Notes under the pieces: model-generated
The model's input: the letters and a program-made list of their open reading frames with translations, nothing else
What the model was told of the DNA's origin: nothing
Database searches by the model: none
NCBI GenBank assembly: GCA_963767035.1
Contig: CAVYBW010000001.1
Location: 2,374,547 to 2,438,546 of the forward strand
Direction of reading: 5' to 3'
DNA from: an uncultured Chloroflexia bacterium
GTDB lineage: Bacteria > Chloroflexota > Chloroflexia > Chloroflexales > Herpetosiphonaceae
DNA: 64,000 bases
Shown: positions 10,290 to 20,491 of the stretch, one piece after another
Position numbering within the stretch: the stretch's first letter is position 1
Layout: each line of letters starts with the position of its first letter
Translations under genes and position numbers: made by a program

Positions 10290-10769
10290 GTGAACAAGAA
10301 AACAAGTCTCGCGAATGTGCGCCAAAACGACGCTGGACGTATCGAAGTACATTCTCGCGCCATTGCTACTGTGGTAGCCGGGGCGGTAGTGCGTTGCTAC
10401 GGCGTTGTGGGCATGGCCCCGCGCAACTTACGCGATAGTGTCGCCCATGTCTTGCGACCGGAAGATCAATATAAAGGTATTGAAGTCCAAGTCAGTGCCG
10501 AGGCAATTAGCATCGATCTGTTTGTGATCATCGAGTATGGCACGCGGATTGCCACAGTTGCCCGTAATATTATGGAAAATGTTCAATATGCGGTTGTGCA
10601 TGCACTTGGCGAGGCCAATATCACGGTCAATGTGCATGTCCAAGGCTTGCGAATTGAACAAGCAGACAAAGAACCAACTAAAGATGCAACCGAAGGCCAG
10701 CCTAGCCGCTGGCGACGTTTTGGCGTAATGGGAGGTCTGCGTGGACAGCGCACCGAAGAATCAAATTGA
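10290..10769 (+). CDS. Asp23/Gls24 family envelope stress protein (YloU-like)
   Basis: 159 aa; Asp23-like core; immediately precedes the DAK2/YloV gene as in yloU-yloV pairs. Confidence 0.8.
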   Translation: MNKKTSLANVRQNDAGRIEVHSRAIATVVAGAVVRCYGVVGMAPRNLRDSVAHVLRPEDQYKGIEVQVSAEAISIDLFVIIEYGTRIATVARNIMENVQYAVVHALGEANITVNVHVQGLRIEQADKEPTKDATEGQPSRWRRFGVMGGLRGQRTEESN

Positions 10770-12379
10770 TGGCACGCGGCTGTTGGCGGTATTTCGCGCT
10801 GCTGCCGCATGGTTTAGCCAGAATGTGGCGACTGTCAACGCATTAAATGTGTTTCCTGTGCCCGATGGCGACACCGGAACCAACATGAACCTTACGCTGA
10901 CAGCGGCACTCAAAGATGTTCAGGATGATGCGTCAGTCGCCGTGGTGGCTGAACGAGTCTATCGCGGGGCTTTGATGGGCGCTCGCGGTAACTCTGGCGT
11001 CATTCTTTCGCAAATTCTGCGCGGCCTTTCACAGGGCATGGTCGGCCAGCAGGTGTGTACTCCCGAAATTTTGGTTGCCGCCCTCGAACAAGCTGCCACC
11101 ACTGCCTATAAAGCAGTGATCAAACCCGTTGAAGGCACAATGCTGACGGTTATTCGCGAAACGAGCGAAGCCGCTCGCGCAGGCTTTCAACCAGAGATGA
11201 ATTGGCCTGAGGTGCTTGATTTAATCGTTAAAGGGGCACGGGTTTCGGTCGATAATACGCCCAACCTCATGAAAATGTTACGCGATGCTGGAGTGGTCGA
11301 TGCTGGTGGCGAAGGCTTATATGTGCTGTTTGAAGGCGCACGAGCTTTTGCCCTAGGCGAACAACTTGAGCAACGTGTTGCTGCAACTGATCAGCTAGCC
11401 ATGGCGTTTGAAGATATTCATAGCGATGACGATTTTGGCTATTGCACCAATTTTATGATCCAAGGCGAAAACATCCCCTACGACGATGTGCGCAGCACAA
11501 TTGCGGAAATGGGTACATCGGTGGTAGCGGTTGGCGATGAGCGCTTGGTCAAAGTGCATTTGCACACCTTGCGGCCCGGCGACGCGCTCAATTATGCGGT
11601 GCAATGGGGCAGCCTTGGGGCAATTGAAATTACCAATATGGATAAGCAGCGCAGCGACCTGCATTCGGCCAAAGCCCAACAAACCAGCCAACCAGCGCGG
11701 GTCAAGCCCGATGAACCAGTTAGCGACGTTGGGGTGGTCGCGGTCGCGCCTGGTCAAGGTTTCCGCGAACTATTTGAATCGTTGAATGTTGGCGAGGTGG
11801 TGACTGGCGGCCAAACCATGAATCCTTCGATTCAAGATTTGGTCACGGCAATCGATAAATTGCCACAGCCAGCGGTAGTCGTGCTGCCCAATAATAGCAA
11901 TGTGATTTTGGCTGCCCAACAAGCACAACAATTAACCACAAAAGTTGTGCATGTAATCCCAACCAAAACTGTGCCGCAAGGCATGGCAGCAATGTTTGCC
12001 TTTAACTATGCAGTTGGGGCCGACGAAAATGTGCAAGCCATGAGCCGCGCGATTAAAGATATTACGACAGCAGAAATTACGACCGCCGTGCGCGATGCCA
12101 CGGTCAATGATGTAGAAGTGCGCGATGGCCAAACAATTGGCTTACTCAACGGCGCATTGGTTGAATCTGGCGATCAGCCCGACGATGTGATTGATCGCAT
12201 ATTAGCCCGGATGGATTTCAGATGATCATGAGATCGTTACCATCTATTATGGCGAACAATCTTCGGCGGAACAGGCTGAAGCACTAGCCCACAAAATCAA
12301 CGCAACCTACCCTGCGCTTGATGTTGAGGTGCAAAACGGCGGACAACCATTTTATGATTACATTCTCTCTGCGGAGTGA
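10741..12379 (+). CDS. DAK2-domain protein YloV / fatty acid kinase FakA-like, reading frame disrupted near 12220
   Basis: 494-aa ORF ends at 12225; the canonical YloV C-terminus (DDHEIVTIYYGEQSSAEQAEALAHKINATYPALDVEVQNGGQPFYDYILSAE) continues in another frame to about 12379; a single extra base fits. Confidence 0.75.
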
Positions 12380-12423
12380 TACACAGCCCCGTTTCTGACG
12401 GCGCGATGGAGATATGTTGGGTT

Positions 12424-13273
12424 ATGGCGCGAGTAAAGATTATTACCGATAGCACTGCTGATATTCCACCAGCACTAGCACAAGAACTGAATATTACCGT
12501 TATTCCGATCTATGTGCATTTTGGTGATCAGACGTTGCGAGCTGGAATTGACATTAGCAACGATCAGTTTTATCGGCGGATGGCCGAGGGTGGGCCGTAT
12601 CCTTATACGACCGCACCAGCACCAGGAGTGTTTGAACAGTATTATCGTCAATTTTCCCGTGAATATGACGGGGTATTTTCAATTCACTTGTCGAATCGTT
12701 TTGGTGGCGTGGTTAAAATCGGCGACGATTGCCCGCGATAAGTTGCCAGCGTCGCTCACGCGGGTTGAGGTAATTGATAGCACCTCAACCTCGTTGGGCT
12801 TGGGCATGGTGGCAATCGCCGCAGCTCGGGCTGCGCTCGACGGCGCATCAATTGATGAAGTGCATCGCACCGTGATGCAAACTATTCAATTGACCCATGT
12901 GGTGTTTTTTGTTGATTCGATTGATTATCTTGAACGCAGCGGGCGTTTATCCCAAGCCTCTGCCATGCTTGGCTCGATGCAACGAATCAAGCCCTTGCTG
13001 ATTCTTGATGATGGTGAAATTGTGCCCTACGATCGCACCCGCACCCGGGCCAAAGCGATTGAAGGCCTATTTACCTTTATCGAGGACTTTCCGAAGGTCG
13101 AGCAAGTGGCGATTATGCACAGCACCACACCCGATGATGTGGATAAATTGCTTGAAAAGATCGACCCGATCTATCCTCGTGATCAGGTCATGATTGTGGA
13201 ATATGGGCCAGCGCTTGGCGCCCATCTTGGGCCAAACGCGATGGGCGTGGTGGTCTACGAAGGTATCGAGTAG
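12424..13273 (+). CDS. DegV family fatty-acid-binding protein (FakB-like), reading frame disrupted near 12705
   Basis: N-terminal part (MARVKIITDSTADIP...) is in the 12376 frame and stops at 12741; the rest of the DegV fold continues in the 12512 frame; one base indel near ggtggcgtggttaaaatcgg. Confidence 0.7.
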
Positions 13274-13440
13274 CCCAGCGCCGCTGAGCAGCAGCAATCA
13301 ACCAGTGAATAAACCCAAAGCAACACCCCACGCAGCGCCATTTTCGGCTATTATACGGCAGCGTGGGGTAGCTATTCCCTTAACGAGCAGCGCTCTTGCC
13401 CAATTGGCCGAACGCCGCTCGTTACGATTTGGCTGGAATA

Positions 13441-14292
13441 ATGCCAGAAGGAGGCCAAGTGGCGATTATTGTAACCGACAGCACTGCTGATATTCCCGCT
13501 GGTTTGGCAGCAGAAAACGACATCCATGTGATTCCATTAACGGTTAATTTCGATGCAGAATCGTTCTCTGATGGGGTCGAAATTACCCATGATCAATTTT
13601 ATACCCGCTTAGTTGCCAGCAACAATTTGCCGACAACATCGCAGCCTTCAGTTGGTGCTTTTGAGCAATTGTATCGAGCGATAGGCAACGACGAACCAAT
13701 TATCTCGATCCATATTGCTGGCAAGCTCAGCGGTACCGTTCGCTCGGCGCAACAAGCTGTCGAATTATTGCCCGATTTTGATATTCGGGTGATCGATGTG
13801 CAAAGCACCACCATGTCGCAAGGCTGGGCAGCATTGTTGGCGGCTCGCGCTGCCCGCGAAGGCAAATCGGCTGATGAAATTGTGGCCTTGGTGCATAGCA
13901 TCGTTGAACGCACCCGCTTGCTGGCAGCCTTGGATACCTTGCGCTACCTCGAAAAAGGTGGCCGGATTGGCAAAACCCGCGCTTTGCTCGGCACGTTGCT
14001 GAATGTTAAGCCAATTATCGATGTGCGCGATGGCGAGGTTAAGCCGTTCGAGCAAGTGCGCAGCAAGAAAAAAGCAGTGGCACGCTTGATCGAAGAGGCC
14101 CGCAATATGGCGCCCTTTGAAGAATTAGCAGTGCTGTATTCGCGTAACGAGGAAGAAGCCCAAGCGTTTGCCCAAAGCCTCAACGAGATTTTCCCCGCCG
14201 AACGGATTGTGCTGGCCGAAATTGGCGCAGTCGTGGGAACGCACATCGGGCCTGGCGCACTAGGCTTCACCGGCGTGCGTAAAAATAAATAG
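13441..14292 (+). CDS. DegV family fatty-acid-binding protein (FakB-like), intact paralog
   Basis: about 284 aa; IIVTDSTADIP and DegV core; alternative GTG start with AGGAGG RBS possible at about 13459. Confidence 0.8.
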   Translation: MPEGGQVAIIVTDSTADIPAGLAAENDIHVIPLTVNFDAESFSDGVEITHDQFYTRLVASNNLPTTSQPSVGAFEQLYRAIGNDEPIISIHIAGKLSGTVRSAQQAVELLPDFDIRVIDVQSTTMSQGWAALLAARAAREGKSADEIVALVHSIVERTRLLAALDTLRYLEKGGRIGKTRALLGTLLNVKPIIDVRDGEVKPFEQVRSKKKAVARLIEEARNMAPFEELAVLYSRNEEEAQAFAQSLNEIFPAERIVLAEIGAVVGTHIGPGALGFTGVRKNK

Positions 14293-14391
14293 GCTCTAGG
14301 CTGATGGCTATCGGAGGATAGTTGGTGAAATACAAAGATCTTTGCTTACACTACATATTCCCGATAGCCTATTGCCTTCAGTCAATACTCT

Positions 14392-14427
14392 CATCCTTTT
14401 TTTGCCACAGATTCCACAGATTAATGT
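14392..14427 (-). repeat. 35-bp dispersed repeat (copy 2, inverted relative to copy 1)
   Basis: catccttttttttgccacagattccacagattaatg; its reverse complement matches 8085-8119. Confidence 0.6.
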
Positions 14428-14629
14428 TGCGATAGCCTAATGCCAATAGCCAATAGCCTTACTCCCTGATCCCTGATCACTAGCCCCTGAATCCACATCC
14501 TTCATCGCTCATGCTTAACGACAGCGACTTAAGTCATAGCTAGTCGTGCTATAATCGTTCTAAATAGCATAACAAGATTGCTCAATGGTGCGCGACACTC
14601 GCATCATTGTTATAGGAGCGCATAGCACC

Positions 14630-15709
14630 ATGGGCTTGTTTGGGAAACGGGCGGATGCGCCAACACAAGAGGCAGTCTTGGCTGCCCTTGCAACGGTGCA
14701 AGAGCCAGAACTTGGCGGCAACTTAGTTGCCCGCAAAATGATCAAAGAACTTAACATTGATGGCGGACGGGTAGTGGTACTTATCGATCTGACCACGCCA
14801 GCTTGTCCATTCAAGGAACAACTGGCCAACGATGTGCGTGCAGCCTTGGCCAACGTGCCGGGCGTAAGCGAAATCGAGGTCGATTTTACTGCAACCGTGC
14901 GTTCATACAATGGGATTCCAGATAAAGCGCGAGTGCCAGGCGTGAGCCATATTTTGGCGGTGGCTTCTGGTAAAGGTGGCGTAGGCAAATCCACAGTTGC
15001 AGTTAATCTTGCGGTCGCTTTGGCCCAAGAAGGCGCACGGGTCGGTTTGCTCGATGCCGATATTTATGGGCCAAGTGCGCCGTTGATGACTGGCGCACGC
15101 GGCAAACCAGGCATTACCGAAAATCAAAAAATTGCGCCACTCGAAGCCCACGGCATCAAAATCATTTCGGTAGGCTATTTTGTTGATGATAGCCAGCCCT
15201 TGGTGTGGCGTGGCCCGATGATTTCATCGATGTTGCGTCAATTTTTGTTCGAGGTTGATTGGGGTCAGCTTGATTATTTGGTCGTCGATTTGCCCCCAGG
15301 CACTGGCGATATTCAATTAACCTTGGCTCAATCGATTCCACTTTCAGGCTCGGTTGTGGTAACGACACCGCAAGATGTAGCCCTTGCTGATGCGATTAAA
15401 GGCGTTGAGATGTTCCGCAAGTTGAATGTACCCATCTTGGGTATTGTCGAGAACATGAGCTACTTTATTGCACCCGACACTGGCAAGCGCTACGATATCT
15501 TTGGCCATGGTGGCGCGCGCATTGCCAGCACCAAATTGGGTGTACCATTCTTAGGTGAAATACCGTTGGGTATGCCAATTCGCGAAGGCGGCGATACCGG
15601 CCAGCCAGCGGTTACCCAAACAGCCAAAGATGCCTATGCCGAATCGTTCCGCGATGTTGCCCGCACTTTAGCAGGTCGCATCAGTATTGAAACCATGGTG
15701 GCGGCCTAG
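14630..15709 (+). CDS. apbC: Mrp/ApbC/NBP35 family Fe-S cluster carrier ATPase with N-terminal MIP18/DUF59 domain
   Basis: ILAVASGKGGVGKST deviant Walker A; CxxC-like C-terminal region; RBS AGGAG upstream of MGLFGK start; extended -10 TGcTATAAT near 14560. Confidence 0.85.
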   Translation: MGLFGKRADAPTQEAVLAALATVQEPELGGNLVARKMIKELNIDGGRVVVLIDLTTPACPFKEQLANDVRAALANVPGVSEIEVDFTATVRSYNGIPDKARVPGVSHILAVASGKGGVGKSTVAVNLAVALAQEGARVGLLDADIYGPSAPLMTGARGKPGITENQKIAPLEAHGIKIISVGYFVDDSQPLVWRGPMISSMLRQFLFEVDWGQLDYLVVDLPPGTGDIQLTLAQSIPLSGSVVVTTPQDVALADAIKGVEMFRKLNVPILGIVENMSYFIAPDTGKRYDIFGHGGARIASTKLGVPFLGEIPLGMPIREGGDTGQPAVTQTAKDAYAESFRDVARTLAGRISIETMVAA

Positions 15710-15783
15710 CGCCTTGCCACTGGCAACGCTTCAATGACGCATGGCTCCTGCTATGCGTCATTGTTGTCTGAAAGAGCAAGCCG

Positions 15784-16818
15784 ATGATGCCGATTGAACT
15801 GTTGGAAAGTCCTCAAACCTTACAACCCCATGGCAATGCCCCTGCCCACGACGCTCATGGGCGGCGAATTAATTACCTGCGGATTTCATTAACCGACCGC
15901 TGTAATTTTCGTTGTTTCTACTGTATGCCTGAATGGGGCATGCACTTTGCCCCCAAACCAGAACTGCTCACCAATGCCGAGTTGATTCGTTTGGTACGAA
16001 TTATGGCCCAAACTGGCTTTGAGAAAATTCGCCTGACTGGCGGCGAGCCAACCTTGCGCCGCGATTTGGTCGGCTTGGTTGAGGCAATTGCCAATACGCC
16101 AGGCATTAGCGAAGTTTCAATGACCACCAATGCTTTATTGCTGGCCCCAATTGCCCAGCAACTAGCCGATGCCGGCCTCAAACGGGTCAATATCAGCATC
16201 GATTCACTCAACCCCGAGAGTTTCCACAAGATCACCCGTGGCGGCGATTTAGCCCGCGTTTGGGCTGGGATCGAAGCAGCTGAACAGGCTGGACTGACTC
16301 CACTAAAACTCAATTGTGTGATTGTGCGCGGCGTGAATGATCACGAGCTGCTTGATTTAGCCCGTTTAACAATCGATAAGCCTTGGCAAATGCGCTTTAT
16401 CGAGGTTATGCCATTGGTTGGCGTAGCTGAGGTTGCTGATAACGGCGTAGTACCAAGTAGCGAATTGATCAGCCAGATTGAGGCGCATTTGGGGCTTGAT
16501 TTTCTTGGTTGGTATGGAGCAGATCCTGCCCGCACCTATCAAATTCCAGGCGCACAGGGCAAAATCGGCTTTATTAGCTCGATTAGCGATCCATTTTGTG
16601 CCACCTGTAATCGAATGCGCCTGACTGCTGATGGCAAATTGCACCTGTGTTTGCTACGCGATAATGAGCTGGATCTGCGGGCAGCATTGCGTGACAATAG
16701 CAGCGATGAGCAGCTAGCAGCCTTAGTGCGCCATGCAGTATGGGTTAAACCTTGGGGGCATGGATTACCCGAAGGGGTTAAACCTACGGTTAGAGGAATG
16801 TCGGAGCTAGGTGGGTAA
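15784..16818 (+). CDS. moaA: GTP 3',8-cyclase MoaA (molybdenum cofactor biosynthesis, radical SAM)
   Basis: CNFRCFYCMP radical-SAM motif, C-terminal second cluster CATCNRMR. Confidence 0.85.
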   Translation: MMPIELLESPQTLQPHGNAPAHDAHGRRINYLRISLTDRCNFRCFYCMPEWGMHFAPKPELLTNAELIRLVRIMAQTGFEKIRLTGGEPTLRRDLVGLVEAIANTPGISEVSMTTNALLLAPIAQQLADAGLKRVNISIDSLNPESFHKITRGGDLARVWAGIEAAEQAGLTPLKLNCVIVRGVNDHELLDLARLTIDKPWQMRFIEVMPLVGVAEVADNGVVPSSELISQIEAHLGLDFLGWYGADPARTYQIPGAQGKIGFISSISDPFCATCNRMRLTADGKLHLCLLRDNELDLRAALRDNSSDEQLAALVRHAVWVKPWGHGLPEGVKPTVRGMSELGG

Positions 16819-17238
16819 ATAGGGTTAAGATTCGGCTAGTAAATAATTTTCAAGCTTGCTATAATGACCACATACAATAAACTTGGCCTAAACAAATTAT
16901 TGACTGGCTCATAGCAAGCTTGGAAAGCTTTCCGTAGTACATCAATGGCGAATTCAAAACGCTAATCGACTATGCTTTCGTTGTTTGGTCGAATGCTGAT
17001 TATGTGCTCAAATATGAACAACGTATGCTTAGATTTGGCGTGAGTTGATCACGGATGAATGGTAGCGTATGTTATGATTTCAGATTAATTTCTGCAATCA
17101 TATTTTTTATCCTACGCAGCAAAATTTAATTAGCTGCTTAATCATAAAAACTAAGTGTACATTTAATCCCTAACATTTTTACAGCCGCTAAGAGTCAAGC
17201 CACGTTCCGGCCTTCCATTCAGACAAAAGGCACTCGCT

Positions 17239-18522
17239 ATGGCGCGCAACATCATGCTCAAGCATAGTATCCAGCTCTACGGTACTTTTATAGATCAGTA
17301 TCTGCCTGCAAGTAGTTATAAAGATTTTTCTCGTTGGGGTATTGATGAGCAAAATATCTATCGCTCTGAATATCTTCAGATGAGCAGTTTAACTCAAATG
17401 TGCACGATGTTTAGCTATTTGTATCATTCAGCAACACATGATCACCTAAAATGGGAGCAATTATGTCAGTCGTTTGGTAAAATACTGGTTTATCAAATTT
17501 ATGAGGTTATTTCAGATAATATTTCAATGGGCTTGGGTTTAGCAATTAATGATGATTATCATAAAAAAAGCCAATTGGTGCGCTATTTTAATACAGCAAT
17601 GATTGAATCGCTCAATAGTAGCATAATTGTGCTTGATAATCAGCAGATCAAGGCTTTATCGCATGATCTCTCGCTGGTAGAGCAGCATATATCACTCACT
17701 CGCAATCAAGATCTTTACGAAAAATATCTTAATTATACCAATCCACAATCAACAAATCAGCCACTACCAGAACTTTGGATTGCTTTATATGCGAATATTG
17801 CCAGTTGCCTAGATTTTATAAATCAGATTCAGCACCCATATGCCAAACAATTAATTAAACAAGGCGTGATTAAGCGTTATGCCGCAATCAATCGCTTACT
17901 CAATGCAGAATATAGCAGCATTGCCGAACTGATTAGCCTACAAATTGATACAATGTTGGTGATGCCAACCTTAGAATATTGTATCAATCTTTGGAGCGAA
18001 GTTTATCTAGATGATCAAAATCTGCGCAATGAGCTTGCTGAAAATCCCCGTTTGCGCCAATATATTGCAACTGCAACGCTGTTGGTTCGTTTGCTCAACG
18101 ATGTTGGGTCGATCTTACTCCAATTAAACAATCAGCAAATTGCCCAACATTTTAGCCAATTATTGCTTGAGTCGCCACCATACGAACACGAAGCTTGGTA
18201 TAATTGGTTCAATCGCGTAGCCGATCACCCGATGTTTTTCCGTTTACACAAAGATGTAGCGTTTCAAGAAGTTAATATTTTGCTCTATGCAATTAATCCT
18301 ACACTGGAAGTAAGCAGCGTCATCGATCAAATGATTCATAATACTCAACATGTAGCGCAACTTTATCAAGCTACGATGGCTCATTTTGAACAGCAGTTTT
18401 TTATCCTCAATCAAACTCCATATTATCGCACACCATTAGAAATTGTTCAGCGCATCGTTACATTTCATCAAGCGCTTTATGCCAACGACTATACCCGACC
18501 AGAAGGTGAATACGCGGTTTAG
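17239..18522 (+). CDS. hypothetical protein encoded in an AT-rich island; predicted all-alpha
   Basis: 427 aa; strongly AT-biased codons (many AAA/TTA/ATT) unlike neighbours; preceded by a 420-bp AT-rich intergenic region; weak NDxxSxxxQ and NDDYH motifs do not satisfy terpene-synthase signatures. Confidence 0.5.
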   Translation: MARNIMLKHSIQLYGTFIDQYLPASSYKDFSRWGIDEQNIYRSEYLQMSSLTQMCTMFSYLYHSATHDHLKWEQLCQSFGKILVYQIYEVISDNISMGLGLAINDDYHKKSQLVRYFNTAMIESLNSSIIVLDNQQIKALSHDLSLVEQHISLTRNQDLYEKYLNYTNPQSTNQPLPELWIALYANIASCLDFINQIQHPYAKQLIKQGVIKRYAAINRLLNAEYSSIAELISLQIDTMLVMPTLEYCINLWSEVYLDDQNLRNELAENPRLRQYIATATLLVRLLNDVGSILLQLNNQQIAQHFSQLLLESPPYEHEAWYNWFNRVADHPMFFRLHKDVAFQEVNILLYAINPTLEVSSVIDQMIHNTQHVAQLYQATMAHFEQQFFILNQTPYYRTPLEIVQRIVTFHQALYANDYTRPEGEYAV

Positions 18523-18539
18523 CACGCAGAGGACAATCT

Positions 18540-18998
18540 ATGCCAACAGCATTGCGCATTAGCGCCAACGAATTGGTTGCGAGCGATCAAGCAACCACCT
18601 TTGCCTATGTTTGTCATTTTGAAAATAACCGCGAGTGGTGGCTGCCAGTCACACATACCCAGCACATCAGCGGCGAGGGCGTTGGCGCAATCTACGAAGA
18701 GCACGCCAAAGTTGCGGGTATTCCAATGAAGATGCAGTTAACCGTGTATCACTACGATCCGCCAAAGCAGATCAAATTCACTATTAGCTCGGCATTAATG
18801 CAATCGGATATGGATTATCAATTTTTGGTCGCGCCAACAGGCACGCGAATTATTATTAGCACGGCAATTAATTTCAAGTGGTTTTTACGTCCCTTCGCCC
18901 CACTTATGCGTTCAGCATTAATTAAAGAGGCTAGCCAACATTTGCGCGTGCTCAAGGGCGTTTTGGCCCAAAAAGCGGCCCAATCAAGCAGCAAATAG
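18540..18998 (+). CDS. SRPBCC family protein (polyketide cyclase/dehydrase-like, START fold)
   Basis: 152 aa; typical length and pattern; 17 bp downstream of the AT-rich ORF. Confidence 0.6.
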   Translation: MPTALRISANELVASDQATTFAYVCHFENNREWWLPVTHTQHISGEGVGAIYEEHAKVAGIPMKMQLTVYHYDPPKQIKFTISSALMQSDMDYQFLVAPTGTRIIISTAINFKWFLRPFAPLMRSALIKEASQHLRVLKGVLAQKAAQSSSK

Positions 18999-19109
18999 GG
19001 CTATTTTTTGTGCAGGCCAGATTAACTTTATGGTATCCTATACAAAACTTAGACGCTGAAGTCAACCTTGTTGCTCGGCGTTTTTTGTTGTTGAAAGGAT
19101 AGTGGCGCA

Positions 19110-19550
19110 ATGGCGCGGACTGATCAATCGAATGAATCGGAAATTCTAGCCGGCAGTAGTCGGGTTTTACGCTTTGCTTATTGCGTCTTGGCACTTTCTG
19201 CCGGCGCACGAGCGTTGTTCCAAGTCGCCACCAAATTCAATCAAGCCCCATTGGCCTATAGTTTAACCACAATCGCGGCCTTGATTTATGGAATCGCTTT
19301 CTTGGGATTTGGGCGACGATCGCCGCAAGCGTGGCGGGTGACCTTTGGCGTATGTACGATTGAACTGCTAGGCGTCATCACGGTCGGCATTTTGACCTTG
19401 ATCGAACGCGATTGGTTTCCGAAAGATACTGTTTGGAGCGATTTTGGGATTGGCTATGGCTTTACGCCATTATTATTGCCAATCGCTGGGCTGTGGTTAT
19501 TGCTACGCCAAGAAACCCGCCAAGCCTATGGGGTCGCCAATAAACCCTGA
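19110..19550 (+). CDS. hypothetical membrane protein (4 TM)
   Basis: 146 aa; hydrophobic segments; no recognised family. Confidence 0.4.
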   Translation: MARTDQSNESEILAGSSRVLRFAYCVLALSAGARALFQVATKFNQAPLAYSLTTIAALIYGIAFLGFGRRSPQAWRVTFGVCTIELLGVITVGILTLIERDWFPKDTVWSDFGIGYGFTPLLLPIAGLWLLLRQETRQAYGVANKP

Positions 19551-20335
19551 ACAGCATCAACAACTGCTGGCCACTCACGACTCGACGGATCGATTAATTC
19601 AAAGTGATGAGCGTTTGGCAGCGGCACCAAACGCACCTCATCACCAGCAGCCAGCGCTTGGGCAACATAGCTTTGGCTGATGCTAAAGGGCACAGGCCCA
19701 TCATCGGTGCCATGCAACACTATTTGCGGCACATGCAAGGGCAATAAGGCCGCAGGCGAAGCATCATGATAGCGTTCTGGGTAAGCATCCGGCGCGCCAC
19801 CCAACAAATCTTGGACAGCTTGCTGGCTCAAACGGCGTTGATCAGCCAAGGCCAAATCAGCCACACCAGCCAAACTCACAACGCCAGTTAATGGTAACGG
19901 CTGAGCTTGCCAAAGCGGGCTAGTTGGGGCAAGTTTAGGCCGCGCAGCCAACCATAAGGCCAAATGCCCACCAGCAGAGTGACCCAAACTCAGCACCCGT
20001 TGCGGATCAATTGGATACTGCTGCGCCAAGGTTGGCACAAAATCGGCAGCTTGCGCGACATCCAAAAAGGTATTTGGCCAGCCACCACCATTGCCAACTC
20101 GGCGATATTCGATGTTCCAAGTTGCATAACCCAACACGGTCAAGGCTGCACATACATGCCCAATATGTTCGAGATCGTAGCGTGCTCGCCAAAATCCCCC
20201 ATGGACAACGATGACCACTGGGAATGGCCCACTACCTTGTGGTAGGCGTAAATCAGCAAATTGAAGTGGATCTGCTCCATACCAAATCCGCTGATCAGCA
20301 GGCGGCGCAGCCTGAGCCAAAATCGAATCACTCAT
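19526..20335 (-). CDS. alpha/beta hydrolase (esterase/lipase fold)
   Basis: 269 aa; HGGFW oxyanion motif, GHSAGG nucleophile elbow, C-terminal HHF. Confidence 0.75.
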   Translation of the reverse strand: MSDSILAQAAPPADQRIWYGADPLQFADLRLPQGSGPFPVVIVVHGGFWRARYDLEHIGHVCAALTVLGYATWNIEYRRVGNGGGWPNTFLDVAQAADFVPTLAQQYPIDPQRVLSLGHSAGGHLALWLAARPKLAPTSPLWQAQPLPLTGVVSLAGVADLALADQRRLSQQAVQDLLGGAPDAYPERYHDASPAALLPLHVPQIVLHGTDDGPVPFSISQSYVAQALAAGDEVRLVPLPNAHHFELIDPSSREWPAVVDAVQGLLATP

Positions 20336-20491
20336 CTGCTATTCCTAAATTATTAAAAAATACATAGTTGTTAATGAGTTTAAAGGCGAATAGGACTGTT
20401 GGCCTATAGTCAATTGAGGCTTAGCATAGCACGATCTACCCATTATTTCCATTTTAACTGCCAAGTTTGCAGTCACGGAGGAGTGTCTGGT

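Noticed and set aside
17239-18522. Terpene synthase assignment for the AT-rich 427-aa protein
   Set aside because: The candidate motifs NDDYH and NDVGSILLQ do not satisfy the DDxxD / (N,D)DxxSxxxE rules, and the spacing is only suggestive. It is left as hypothetical.
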